Source: a virus (Duplodnaviria > Heunggongvirae > Uroviricota > Caudoviricetes). Taken from it: a stretch of DNA of 47,073 nucleotides. The stretch spans positions 1 to 47,073 of the IMG/VR virus record IMGVR_UViG_2534682139_000016; one strand, given 5' to 3'. The notes under the pieces were generated by a model. It searched no databases, was not told the origin of the DNA, and worked only from the letters and a program-made list of their open reading frames with translations. The translations under genes and the position numbers were made by a program. This document shows, one piece after another, positions 30,763 through 40,062 of the stretch. The first letter of the stretch is position 1. Every line of letters starts with the position of its first letter.

Positions 30763-31560
30763 TCAATGAACGGTATCGAGTAGCTTTAACAGCTCAGGGA
30801 ATCGGGATTCGAAGAAATGCGGCTGCGTCTCGCGCGGATTTGCAGGACTGGTGATGTTCTTGCCGAACATGCAGCCTTTCGCCGTCAGCGACCAGAATTT
30901 TTTGATGTTGTTAATCGCGGTACGGCTGTATCGTTCGCGTTGTTCAACGATCCCCAGCTTCGCCATCTGGTGATATGCCTGATTAGCTGTCAGGCGGATA
31001 CCATACTGCTTCAGCAGTGCACTCAGTGACAGCGTGGGGCGGCTTGAGCCATCAGGCGCGTCAGCAGGAGCATCAATGGCATAGCGCGGTGCCAGATTCG
31101 GTAAGCCAACAGCCTCCTGGAGTTTCTGACAGGCACCAAGCACTGAAGAGTTAGACAGATTTAACTCCCGGCGCATAAAGTCCAGCAGGATCACGCCAGC
31201 CTGCATCTTGTCAGCAGCCTGCCCGGATAATTTTTCCGGTGTGCTGGTTACCATATCGAAAGTACGGATCACCTTCAGATGGAATGACGGGCTGATCCAC
31301 ATTGCATAGGCATACACCAGTTCTTTGCAGACATACGTCCCTTGGTTATTTCCGCCACGAATAACGTTAACTGGCGCCATATTGACCGAGTTGCAAATTT
31401 GCAACTCGCTTATTAAACGTTCGGTTTGCTCATTGCGGAGCCAGAATGCAGGCTTATGTTTATCCAGAGAACCGGCAGCCCTGTGCAGATCGTTCAGGCT
31501 GTAACGCCCATAAGCATCACGACGAACTTCAATACCATCAATAACCATCAGATTATTCAT
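30763..31560 (-). CDS. KilA-N domain protein / putative antirepressor
   Basis: N-terminus MNNLMVIDGIEVRRDAYGRYSLNDLHRAAG typical of KilA-N. Confidence 0.55.
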   Translation of the reverse strand: MNNLMVIDGIEVRRDAYGRYSLNDLHRAAGSLDKHKPAFWLRNEQTERLISELQICNSVNMAPVNVIRGGNNQGTYVCKELVYAYAMWISPSFHLKVIRTFDMVTSTPEKLSGQAADKMQAGVILLDFMRRELNLSNSSVLGACQKLQEAVGLPNLAPRYAIDAPADAPDGSSRPTLSLSALLKQYGIRLTANQAYHQMAKLGIVEQRERYSRTAINNIKKFWSLTAKGCMFGKNITSPANPRETQPHFFESRFPELLKLLDTVH

Positions 31561-31579
31561 ACTTCGTTTCTCCTCTTAA

Positions 31580-31969
31580 TCAGGCGGCTGCACCCGCCGG
31601 TTTCTCGTACTTACTGATAGTGATCTCGACCTTCCCTTCCGGGATAACCGGTCCCCACTCCACCAGCATTCTTTTCACCTGACTGTCGTCTTCCCACACA
31701 CCCGCGTGGGTCAGGGCGTCAAACAGCGCCTTGTTATAGTTGTCCAGATCGCGGATCCGGTTATCCGGAGGAAACAACACGATCTCCACTGAAGCAGGTG
31801 CCGACGTTGGTTTTGGCAGACGACGTAACTGCTCAACTATTGCTGCACACGCCGCGCTCTGGAATTTGCGCCCCGCCGCGCTTATCAGGCTCTTACCTGC
31901 AAACGCCCCTTTGTTGGGGTGTCGCCAGTACGTGTTCACGCTGGGCGGGAAAGGCAGGATCAGCTTCAT
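31580..31969 (-). CDS. rusA: RusA-family Holliday-junction resolvase
   Basis: MKLILPFPPSVNTYWRH...DLDNYNKALFDALTHAGVWEDDSQV. Confidence 0.85.
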   Translation of the reverse strand: MKLILPFPPSVNTYWRHPNKGAFAGKSLISAAGRKFQSAACAAIVEQLRRLPKPTSAPASVEIVLFPPDNRIRDLDNYNKALFDALTHAGVWEDDSQVKRMLVEWGPVIPEGKVEITISKYEKPAGAAA

Positions 31970-32292
31970 ACTTTCAGGCCCCTCTCATGTAACCAGTGGG
32001 CTGCACGCAGCCTGGCGTTTTCCTCACCGACAAGCAGTGAGCGGATAATCCCGACCGCCTCGCTGTCGTCGTCCTTCACCGCGGTATGAAGCGTGATGCC
32101 CCGGGCCACGCCACGCTTTATCGTGATGACGCCTTTTTTCTCCAGTGCGCGAAGATGTTCTACCGCTGCATTCACTGAACGGTATCCCAGCATGGTTGCC
32201 ACCTCCTGATTGGTTGGCGGGAAGCCACGTTCTTTCTGATAAGAAATCAGCATATCCAGCACCTGCTGCTGGCATTGAGTTAACGTCGTCAT
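31966..32292 (-). CDS. LexA-N-like winged-helix DNA-binding protein
   Basis: ...LTQCQQQVLDMLISYQKERGFPPTNQEVATMLGYRSVNAAVEHLRALEKKGVI... parallels the LexA N-terminal domain. Confidence 0.65.
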   Translation of the reverse strand: MTTLTQCQQQVLDMLISYQKERGFPPTNQEVATMLGYRSVNAAVEHLRALEKKGVITIKRGVARGITLHTAVKDDDSEAVGIIRSLLVGEENARLRAAHWLHERGLKV

Positions 32293-32942
32293 GCCACCAT
32301 CTCCCTGACCAGTTTTTCTGCCTGCTGGCGAACCTGCGCCAGAAAGGCCTCACCACATGCCTCAAGTTCATCGCGCCCGATGTAGCTGATTGCCGGTCCC
32401 TTCCAGGTCTTGTCGAAAACAGCAATAGCACCAGCGAAGAAAGCGCCTGTCGGCACCTGCTTCTCATCCTTCGGGATAAACCAGGCAGGCAGTTCAAAAC
32501 CGATACGCCCGCGAATAAAAGCAATATGATCTGCATCTTCCGGCCACCACACTTCGCTGGTGGCAGCTTTGATCAGGAAAACATAGCGCCCACCTTTATC
32601 ACGCATGGCACTGGCATGCTTCATGATGTAACGCATGCCTGTGATGTATTGCCCCTCATGCTGACTGGCGCGGCTGTATGGGGGATTACCAAAGGCAGCA
32701 CCTTTAAGCTCCGCAAGACGTTCTGACCAGTCATGCGCCAGCGCGTTGTCTTCCGCCGTGTAATACGCGGCACATTTGGCGTTATCACCGTCAGTGAACA
32801 GATCCAGAACAAACGGGCCAAACAGGGTGTTAATTCCCCAGAAAATGTTATCCGGCGTGCGCCACTGATCGCCCACTTCCTTCAGTTCATGGGCTGGTTT
32901 GTTCCGCAGTTCCACCAGCGCCTGGCAATATTTATTACTCAT
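32289..32942 (-). CDS. Phage DNA N6-adenine methyltransferase (orphan)
   Basis: NPPY motif (AFGNPPYSRASQ); start chosen at MSNKYCQ where ATG overlaps the upstream stop (TAATG); ORF track extends to 32975. Confidence 0.75.
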   Translation of the reverse strand: MSNKYCQALVELRNKPAHELKEVGDQWRTPDNIFWGINTLFGPFVLDLFTDGDNAKCAAYYTAEDNALAHDWSERLAELKGAAFGNPPYSRASQHEGQYITGMRYIMKHASAMRDKGGRYVFLIKAATSEVWWPEDADHIAFIRGRIGFELPAWFIPKDEKQVPTGAFFAGAIAVFDKTWKGPAISYIGRDELEACGEAFLAQVRQQAEKLVREMVA

Positions 32943-33436
32943 TAAGCCCCCACGTAATTCCCTGACAGATACCACTCTTCACCCGATGCAGCGCGCTTGC
33001 TGCTTTTCTGTAAGCACTGCTCACGACGCGCCAGAAAATTGTTTCGTTCTGGCTGGGAGTGGCTTTCACGGAATGCCGCCATCCACACCGTTGCAGCACG
33101 ACGGTATAGGCCCCTGGACTCCAGTTCTTCAGCCTGGCGGGTCAGGCACAAAATCACCCGTGGATCGTTAGTGCCGACATAGAAATTGCGCACAGGTCTG
33201 GTTTCACGAACTGGTTGCGGTTCCGGCTCCTGCGCTCTCTCAGTCAGGCGCGGGAAATGTCTGCGTGTATCCCCTTCACAATAGTGAGCCACACGCCCAC
33301 TCTGACGTAACTTGCTTGCTGACTGCAGAACGCGCTGCCGTGAGTAACCTGCAAAAGCATCCGCAATGTCTCCGGAAGTACAGCCCGGATGGGCTTCAAT
33401 GAATTTCTGAACTTCATTCAAAAGACTCATGCTCAC
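32942..33436 (-). CDS. Hypothetical phage early protein
   Basis: 164 aa, translationally coupled between O-like gene and methyltransferase. Confidence 0.45.
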   Translation of the reverse strand: MSMSLLNEVQKFIEAHPGCTSGDIADAFAGYSRQRVLQSASKLRQSGRVAHYCEGDTRRHFPRLTERAQEPEPQPVRETRPVRNFYVGTNDPRVILCLTRQAEELESRGLYRRAATVWMAAFRESHSQPERNNFLARREQCLQKSSKRAASGEEWYLSGNYVGA

Positions 33437-34374
33437 CCCCTGAATCCTGCCGGGATCTGGCTGTAGTCCACGTTGTCGTAACTGGATTTGAAATATGGGT
33501 CTTCGCGTTTTTCTGTGTATGTGCTGATGGACGGCGATAAGCGCAGGGAAAGCTCATCCCATTTTTCCCGCAGCTTCGACGGGCTGAGCACGTTACGGCA
33601 CCAGAACGGATCGCGACTGACGCGGCTGTACATCTCGCAGATTTGTTTATGATTACGACCATCCTGCACACACATCAGGCGAATTTCGTTTGCCCAGGCT
33701 GTCCAGTTCGGTTCTTTGGGACGAACCACCTCGCCGTCACATTCGGCGGCCTGCTCGTACAGGGCGATGATTTTTTTCCAGAGCCACTGTGCGCAGGTCA
33801 AATCATCCTGCGTTCCCCACTGGCGCTTTTTAGGGCTGAATACAACCGCATCAGGATGGCGAGTTAAAAAATCCTGTTCATCCGTCTGCGTGTCCGGTTG
33901 CGAAGCGTCCGGACGAGAAGGTTTTTTATCTGACGGATCATGTTTTGATTTTACTGACGGATCCCCGCCAGATTCTGACGGGTGAAAACCCGCTTTTTTG
34001 CCAGATTTCGACGCATCAAATTTTGACGGGTCAGATTTTGATGCGTCAGATTTTGACGGGTCAGAATCTGACAGTTGAGAAAATGCCGCTGCCTGAAGCT
34101 TCGCAACGTTAAGCTGATAAACATTCGACGCATTGCGGTTACCCTGGCGACGCGCCTTACGCGTTAACCAGCCTTCTGCTTCCAGCCGTGCGATAGCCGT
34201 CCTGACGGTACTCATCCCCGCGCCAATCTGACGGGCAATAGTTTCAATTGATGGCCAGCACACACCTTCGTCATTACTGAAATCAGCCAGGCGGGCCATA
34301 ATTGCCACGCTGGATAATTTCATGCCTGATGCAGCGCAACCATCCCATACATAGCCGGTTAATTTAGTGCTCAT
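33433..34374 (-). CDS. Replication initiation protein (lambda O-like N-terminal winged helix) with internal repeat region
   Basis: ...SIETIARQIGAGMSTVRTAIARLEAEGWL...; central repeated peptide DPSKSDASKSDPSKFDASKS encoded by DNA iterons. Confidence 0.65.
   Translation of the reverse strand: MSTKLTGYVWDGCAASGMKLSSVAIMARLADFSNDEGVCWPSIETIARQIGAGMSTVRTAIARLEAEGWLTRKARRQGNRNASNVYQLNVAKLQAAAFSQLSDSDPSKSDASKSDPSKFDASKSGKKAGFHPSESGGDPSVKSKHDPSDKKPSRPDASQPDTQTDEQDFLTRHPDAVVFSPKKRQWGTQDDLTCAQWLWKKIIALYEQAAECDGEVVRPKEPNWTAWANEIRLMCVQDGRNHKQICEMYSRVSRDPFWCRNVLSPSKLREKWDELSLRLSPSISTYTEKREDPYFKSSYDNVDYSQIPAGFRG
33970..34080. repeat. Tandem iteron-like direct repeats (candidate replication origin inside the O-like gene)
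   Basis: Repeated units of the form (T)CAGATTTTGA(C/T)G(G/C)GT... four or more times across 33970-34080. Confidence 0.55.
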
Positions 34375-34383
34375 GACCGACCT

Positions 34384-34722
34384 CTATTTCCCTGAATTTA
34401 CGACGAAACTGTTCGAGCGGGCTGAAGCACTCATGCTCATAGCCTTCGCGGAGGTAGATAACTCGTTGTGTTTCCGGCTCCCAACGAATGACTCTGACGG
34501 GCACTCCGTAGTGATCTTTGAACCAGCGGTTAACTTGTCGCAAAGGACTGTCTCCTTCTGCCGGTTGAAATCACCCACAGCCCACTCAGCAAAGCTGTGG
34601 GTTACAATTTCCCTGTCACCTGGTACATTAACTGCATAGCAATACTCCACCTTCGCTTTTCCACCCGGTACAGGAAGCGCAATCAGTTGCGAGCGACGGT
34701 AGTGTGTTGTTAAACTGTTCAT
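34384..34722 (-). CDS. Hypothetical early protein
   Basis: 112 aa, coupled to upstream gene. Confidence 0.4.
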   Translation of the reverse strand: MNSLTTHYRRSQLIALPVPGGKAKVEYCYAVNVPGDREIVTHSFAEWAVGDFNRQKETVLCDKLTAGSKITTECPSESFVGSRKHNELSTSAKAMSMSASARSNSFVVNSGK

Positions 34723-35384
34723 GCGTTAGTTTCTCCACAGTCACGACACGCCACGGCGCCCGGAGCTGCACACTCGCGGGCGTCATTACTTTCTGAAATG
34801 CAAAAGATTTTGTAGACCAGTGCTGCATGCTCCTGCAGCTTCGAAATTGAGAGATACAGCTCGTCGTTAATTGCTGTCTTCTCATGCGGTTCCACCACAC
34901 CGTCTTCGATTGCCGAACGAATCTGTCTGGAATAACTGCCAATCTGTTCAATGACTTCCAGCAGGCGCTGGTTAATATCGGCGTTGTCCACATCCTCGAC
35001 GTCAGGAAGAGACACAAAGACGCCATTTGCAGACTGCGCCACAGCGTCAGCAATGAAGTGAGTTCCACCAGCACGTTGCAAAATCATTGCCCATCCCAGC
35101 GGGAAAATCTGATCGCCATCGGCACGAAGGCGGTTAAATAATGCGTTTTCTGTTACATCCAGCCAGTCAGCTGCTTCAGCGTAACCACCCGGCAACGCTG
35201 CGATAGTTTTTCTGACAGCTTTCACGTACCACTCAGGCTGTTTTTCTACTTTCCAGTGATGCTTACCCACGGTTAGCCTCATCGTTCTGTGGTTTCTGTT
35301 AATCGATTTATCCATTAGATTTTTCATAAAGCTCAGGTTTAAATGGCAACCGTCCGCAAGTTCTATATGCAGCTTCTGCTGCAC
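34719..35384 (-). CDS. CII-like phage regulatory protein (start uncertain)
   Basis: 221-aa ORF overlaps the Cro-like gene by 77 nt, so the real start is probably internal. Confidence 0.5.
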   Translation of the reverse strand: MQQKLHIELADGCHLNLSFMKNLMDKSINRNHRTMRLTVGKHHWKVEKQPEWYVKAVRKTIAALPGGYAEAADWLDVTENALFNRLRADGDQIFPLGWAMILQRAGGTHFIADAVAQSANGVFVSLPDVEDVDNADINQRLLEVIEQIGSYSRQIRSAIEDGVVEPHEKTAINDELYLSISKLQEHAALVYKIFCISESNDARECAAPGAVACRDCGETNA

Positions 35385-35508
35385 GTCCTTTTGGAATTAA
35401 CTGGCCCGGACGGTTTCGCCACTGATAAACGGCTTCAGTTGTTATGCCGAAAAAAGCAGCAACTTTCTCAATACTGCCGAAGTAGCTTTCGATATCGTCA
35501 GTTGTCAT
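35308..35508 (-). CDS. Cro-like HTH repressor
   Basis: 66 aa; HTH IEKVAAFFGITTEAVYQWRN; divergent from the CI-like gene. Confidence 0.6.
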   Translation of the reverse strand: MTTDDIESYFGSIEKVAAFFGITTEAVYQWRNRPGQLIPKGRAAEAAYRTCGRLPFKPELYEKSNG

Positions 35509-35605
35509 ACGCCCTCCAAACTAAGTTTTATTAGATGCTAATTACAAATCTATCTTTGGTCAATAAAAACTAAGATTACTTAGCAATTCAAGAAATGGTG
35601 CTCCT
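35509..35605. promoter_or_regulatory. Immunity-region divergent promoter/operator interval
   Basis: 97-bp AT-rich gap between divergent cro-like and cI-like genes with repeated CTAAG/CTTAG motifs. Confidence 0.5.
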
Positions 35606-36232
35606 ATGGAAACGGTTGGTCAGCGTATAAAAGCTCTGAGAAGAGTTACCGGAACGTCCCAGAAAGAATTGGGTAAATTTTGTGGAGTAAGCGACGTTGC
35701 TGTGGGGTACTGGGAGAAAGACATCAATACCCCTGGTGGGGAGGCACTTTCGAAATTAGCGAAGTTCTTCAATACGTCAATAGATTACATTCTTTATGGT
35801 GCTGAGTTTGAAGGCAAACTCGTCACAAACATGCGCAGAGTTCCTGTAATATCGTGGGTTCAGGCTGGGCAGTTTACTGAGTGCAGGGCAGCAGAAGTGT
35901 TTAGTGAAGTGGACAAGTGGGTAGATACATCATTAAAGATTGGTGATAACTCATTTGCATTAGAGGTTAAAGGTGACTCCATGACTAACCCTAATGGCCT
36001 CCCAACAATACCAGAAGGCGCAACAGTGATTGTAGATCCAGATGCAGAACCTCGTCATGGAAAAATAGTCATCGCTCGACTTGATGGAACAAACGAAGCT
36101 ACAGTAAAAAAATTAGTCATCGATGGCCCTCAAAAGTTTTTAGTGCCATTAAATCCTCGGTATCCCAACATCCCTATCAATGGTAATTGCCTTATCATTG
36201 GTGTAGTCAAAGGAGTTCAATACGAACTCTAA
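35606..36232 (+). CDS. CI-type repressor (HTH_XRE + S24 LexA-like peptidase domain)
   Basis: N-terminal HTH (QKELGKFCGVSDVAVGYWE), C-terminal GDSM...KIVIARLDG...KKL autocleavage motifs. Confidence 0.85.
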   Translation: METVGQRIKALRRVTGTSQKELGKFCGVSDVAVGYWEKDINTPGGEALSKLAKFFNTSIDYILYGAEFEGKLVTNMRRVPVISWVQAGQFTECRAAEVFSEVDKWVDTSLKIGDNSFALEVKGDSMTNPNGLPTIPEGATVIVDPDAEPRHGKIVIARLDGTNEATVKKLVIDGPQKFLVPLNPRYPNIPINGNCLIIGVVKGVQYEL

Positions 36233-36438
36233 GACCTCTCTTCTCTAACTAAGGCACCGAACTAAGAAAAGTTTGGTGTTTTCTCTTGCCATAATAACTA
36301 AGTTAAGTTAGATTTTATATCAAAGATAACGAACAGGCAGGACGCCCACGAAGTAGCCGCCTGGGGCATATGAAGTCCAGGATGATTCGTTGAGTCATGT
36401 TGTGCCATCAGGCACTCATGTTAAAGCAGGTGTATGAA

Positions 36439-36714
36439 ATGAAAGTCCAGATTTTAAACAATAACTGTGAAGTCGTTTGGTCATACGACATAGCCGCCCC
36501 TGTAGATCAGAGCGGCGATAGCTGGACCAATGGGAAACATCAGATTATGGCTGGAGTTGTGTTCTCTTTACGCCGTGCTTTGGAACAGGCTGAAGTATTT
36601 CCATCAGACCCTGAATGGAAATGGCCTTTTTCTATTTGTCCAAATTCGGAGAGCACATTTCAGAAAATTGGTCAGAAAGTCGCACTCGAAGAGCATCAGC
36701 CAACTGTTTCCTGA
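36439..36714 (+). CDS. Small hypothetical protein downstream of cI
   Basis: ORF from MKVQILNN..., weak. Confidence 0.3.
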   Translation: MKVQILNNNCEVVWSYDIAAPVDQSGDSWTNGKHQIMAGVVFSLRRALEQAEVFPSDPEWKWPFSICPNSESTFQKIGQKVALEEHQPTVS

Positions 36715-36877
36715 TTTTTTCAGGTAACTCGTCGGCATCGCAGAAACAACAACGCTCGATCATGTTGAAAGCCGATTCGTAGAACCGTTTCTGCTGAGTG
36801 TCGCTGAGACAGGAAAAGAGTGACGTTACGATGATTTTATTAATTGCATTATCAAGTTCTTTTTCATCAAAAGTCAT
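36632..36877 (-). CDS. Small hypothetical protein
   Basis: 81 aa, Cys-rich (CCFCD). Confidence 0.3.
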   Translation of the reverse strand: MTFDEKELDNAINKIIVTSLFSCLSDTQQKRFYESAFNMIERCCFCDADELPEKIRKQLADALRVRLSDQFSEMCSPNLDK

Positions 36878-37177
36878 TTGATTTTCCTTTTATGTATACG
36901 GGCTTAAAAGGATACCACCGAGCCTGAAGTGGTGAAAAGACAGGCACATAACAGCTAAGTATTTTCAACCAAAGAGAATCCTTAGCGTTGTGGTGAATGC
37001 GGCTCAGCGCACGCGGGTTAAGGTTGAGGCTGACAGTCGACCTTCTGTGGATACCCACCCGTCTGGTGTGCAACCTTCGCCAGGCACCGGGAGGCACCCG
37101 GCACCACAACTTTATGCTGTGTGTAGTCCTGGCGGTACCAGTTTGTACCCTTGCTTCCGGCTGGTAGCGTCCTTTTT

Positions 37178-37266
37178 ACAAAACAGAGAAGAGCATCACC
37201 GGACGACGGGCTCATAACCCAATCCATCCGGGCGGCTGCCACCGCAGGTGTTCTTCTCTGTTTTGT
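37178..37266 (+). other. Long imperfect hairpin in GC-rich non-coding leader (candidate structured RNA/regulatory element)
   Basis: ACAAAACAGAGAAGAGCATCACC (37178-37200) pairs with GGTGTTCTTCTCTGTTTTGT (37247-37266), about 19 bp, 46-nt loop. Confidence 0.35.
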
Positions 37267-37314
37267 GGAGAAACTAATCGGCCTTGCAGGGTCGATATGA
37301 TGAGGAGCAGCAAA

Positions 37315-37677
37315 ATGGCTAGCGAACGCAGTACTGATGTGCAGGCATTTATCGGGGAGCTGGACGGCGGCGTATTTGAAACCAAAATCGGCGCAGTTCT
37401 CAGTGAAGTCGCTTCCGGTGTGATGAACACGAAAACCAAAGGTAAGGTCTCACTCAACCTGGAAATCGAACCATTTGATGAGAACCGTGTGAAAATCAAA
37501 CACAAACTCTCATATGTTCGCCCGACTAACCGCGGGAAAATTTCTGAAGAAGACACCACCGAAACGCCGATGTATGTCAATCGCGGTGGTCGCCTGACTA
37601 TTCTGCAGGAAGACCAGGGACAATTACTGACTCTTGCCGGTGAACCTGACGGAAAACTCCGCGCAGCAGGTCATTAA
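37315..37677 (+). CDS. YfdP-like prophage protein
   Basis: Start placed at MASERS (AGGAG 8 nt upstream); first gene of a yfdPQRST-like block. Confidence 0.5.
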   Translation: MASERSTDVQAFIGELDGGVFETKIGAVLSEVASGVMNTKTKGKVSLNLEIEPFDENRVKIKHKLSYVRPTNRGKISEEDTTETPMYVNRGGRLTILQEDQGQLLTLAGEPDGKLRAAGH

Positions 37678-37741
37678 TATCGTTTTTAATTAACTGATTA
37701 TTTATCTCATCACTGAATATTTTATATAGTGAGGACTTATT

Positions 37742-38566
37742 ATGTCTCAGAACTTAGACGCAACCGCAATTAATCAAATCCATGCCCTTATTTCTGCTCA
37801 GGGTGTTAATGAAATTATCAGTAAGATTGGTGCCGACGCAGTGGCATTACCTGAAAATTTCCGCATTCATGATCTGGAAAAATTTAATTTAAATCGCTTC
37901 CGTTTCCGTGGTGCGCTTTCCACTGCCAGCATCGATGACTTTACCCGTTATTCTAAAGATCTTGCAGATGAAGGCACCCGCTGCTTTATCGATGCTGATA
38001 ATATGCGTGCCGTCAGTGTGCTTAACCTGGGTACTATTGATGAACCAGGTCACGCAGATAACACCGCCACTCTCAAACTGAAAAAGGCAGCGCCGTTCTC
38101 TGCTCTGTTGTCTGTTAATGGCGAGCGTAACTCCCAGAAGTCACTGGCAGAATGGATTGAAGACTGGGCCGACTACCTTGTGGGCTTTGATGCTAATGGT
38201 GACACCATTCAGGCAACAAAAGCGGCTGCGGCGGTCCGTAAAATCACGATTGAAGCAAACCAGACTGCTGATTTTGAAGATAATGACTTCAGCGGCAAAC
38301 GCTCCCTGATGGAGTCTGTCGAAGCGAAGACCAAAGACATTATGCCAGTGGCATTTGAGTTTAAATGCGTTCCGTTTGAAGGTCTGAAAGAACGTCCGTT
38401 TAAATTACGCCTCAGCATTATCACTGGCGATCGTCCGGTACTGGTTCTACGCATTATTCAGCTGGAAGCGGTGCAGGAAGATATGGCTAACGAATTTCGT
38501 GATCTGCTTGTTGAGAAATTCAAGGACAGCAAAGTAGAAACCTTTATTGGGACTTTCACCGCCTGA
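37742..38566 (+). CDS. YfdQ-like (DUF2303) prophage protein
   Basis: 274 aa; synteny with HD-domain gene; resemblance from memory. Confidence 0.55.
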   Translation: MSQNLDATAINQIHALISAQGVNEIISKIGADAVALPENFRIHDLEKFNLNRFRFRGALSTASIDDFTRYSKDLADEGTRCFIDADNMRAVSVLNLGTIDEPGHADNTATLKLKKAAPFSALLSVNGERNSQKSLAEWIEDWADYLVGFDANGDTIQATKAAAAVRKITIEANQTADFEDNDFSGKRSLMESVEAKTKDIMPVAFEFKCVPFEGLKERPFKLRLSIITGDRPVLVLRIIQLEAVQEDMANEFRDLLVEKFKDSKVETFIGTFTA

Positions 38567-38694
38567 TTTCATTACCGCAAATGCCCCTGCGGGGGCATTT
38601 ATGGAAACGTAATTGACTCAATAATCGCCTGAAGGCGAGGGTTTTCTTTAACCAAAATTCAGCGCGGTGCAGCGCATATAACGTGGAGAACAAA

Positions 38695-39231
38695 ATGTCA
38701 TTTATTAAAACTTTTTCCGGGAAGCATTTTTATTATGACAGGATAAATAAAGACAACATCGATATTAACGATATCGCGGTTTCCCTTTCAAATATCTGTC
38801 GCTTTGCCGGCCATCTTTCACACTTCTACAGCGTCGCCCAACATGCGGTGCTTTGCAGCCAGCTGGTACCGCAGGAATTTGCTTTTGAAGCGTTAATGCA
38901 TGATGCAACAGAAGCGTATTGCCAGGACATCCCCGCACCACTGAAACGCCTTCTTCCTGACTATAAACGGATGGAAGAAAAAATAGACGCCGTAATCCGT
39001 GAGAAATACGGGTTACCCCCGGTTATGAGCACGCCTGTGAAATATGCCGATCTCATCATGCTGGCAACCGAACGCCGCGATCTCGGGCTTGATGATGGCT
39101 CTTTCTGGCCTGTACTGGAAGGCATCCCGGCAACAGAGATGTTCAACGTGATTCCACTGGCACCGGGCCATGCCTACGGGATGTTTATGGAACGTTTTAA
39201 CGAGTTATCGGAGTTACGCAAATGCGCATGA
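38695..39231 (+). CDS. HD-domain phosphohydrolase, YfdR-like 5'-deoxynucleotidase
   Basis: HD motif region ...HLSHFYSVAQHAVL...ALMHDATEAYCQDIP; GGAGA 5 nt upstream of ATG at 38695. Confidence 0.7.
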   Translation: MSFIKTFSGKHFYYDRINKDNIDINDIAVSLSNICRFAGHLSHFYSVAQHAVLCSQLVPQEFAFEALMHDATEAYCQDIPAPLKRLLPDYKRMEEKIDAVIREKYGLPPVMSTPVKYADLIMLATERRDLGLDDGSFWPVLEGIPATEMFNVIPLAPGHAYGMFMERFNELSELRKCA

Positions 39232-39584
39232 ATGTTTTCGAAATGGAAGGGTTTCTTCGTGGGAGATGTGTACCGCGAGATCTGAAAGTGAACGAAACAA
39301 ATGCTGAGTACCTGGTACGTAAATTCGACGCGCTTGAAGCTAAATGTGCGGCACTGGAAAGCAAAATAATACCAGTGTCAGCTGAACTGCCTCCAGCAAA
39401 TGAAAGTGTTCTGTTATTTGATGCTAACGGAGAAGGCTGGCTGATTGGCTGGCGTTCTCTCTGGTACACCTGGGGACAAAAAGAAACCGGAGAATGGCAG
39501 TGGACATTTCAGGTCGGGGACCTTGAAAACGTCAATATCACTCACTGGGCAGTAATGCCGAAAGCACCAGAGACTAAGAAATGA
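39222..39584 (+). CDS. YfdS-like prophage protein
   Basis: 120 aa, overlapping start with upstream gene. Confidence 0.45.
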   Translation: MRMNVFEMEGFLRGRCVPRDLKVNETNAEYLVRKFDALEAKCAALESKIIPVSAELPPANESVLLFDANGEGWLIGWRSLWYTWGQKETGEWQWTFQVGDLENVNITHWAVMPKAPETKK

Positions 39585-39796
39585 GCGTGATAAAAACTCA
39601 TACAGGAATTGTTATCACCCGAGACGGTGAAAAGCGGATGAAATTACATTCCACTGAAACGTCCTGGGTTGCCGGACGTTGTGAATCCTACGACAAAAAG
39701 ACTGGTTACCGTTGGGGTGCACCTAACATGCGTCGCCGTCTGCTACTGGACAGCATCAGGCCAATAAAACAAGTAGCAACCAGAGAACAAAATTAA
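39581..39796 (+). CDS. YfdT-like small prophage protein
   Basis: 71 aa, ATGA overlap. Confidence 0.4.
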   Translation: MSVIKTHTGIVITRDGEKRMKLHSTETSWVAGRCESYDKKTGYRWGAPNMRRRLLLDSIRPIKQVATREQN

Positions 39797-39843
39797 TTAT
39801 CAGGACTGGAATTTGATATTACTGCCCATGTGCAGCGGGCTAA

Positions 39844-40062
39844 GTGGAGAAACATATGCTGAACCTCGATTGTGTTCCTATCTCAACTTATTGCAAAGAA
39901 ACTGGCGAAACTCCTGAAGCAATAAACAAACGTGTACAGCGCGGTGTTTGGCGTGAAGGTGTTCAGGTTTTAAAGGTTGAAGGCGTTAAGGAGAGGTGGA
40001 TTGATCTTAGTGAGGTTGCAAAATGGGCCAGACAAAACTGCTCAAACTACCGCGCGGCGTAA
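39844..40062 (+). CDS. Excisionase-like protein
   Basis: 72 aa immediately upstream of and overlapping int. Confidence 0.55.
   Translation: MEKHMLNLDCVPISTYCKETGETPEAINKRVQRGVWREGVQVLKVEGVKERWIDLSEVAKWARQNCSNYRAA

Noticed and set aside
36867-37242. Overlapping ORFs of 74-80 aa on both strands in the GC-rich block
   Set aside because: Mutually overlapping, no RBS, Pro/Arg-rich translations; the region is better explained as non-coding structured DNA/RNA.
36960-37296. Retron msr/msd ncRNA hypothesis for the GC-rich hairpin region
   Set aside because: No reverse transcriptase gene adjacent or anywhere in the window, and no flanking inverted a1/a2 repeats identified.
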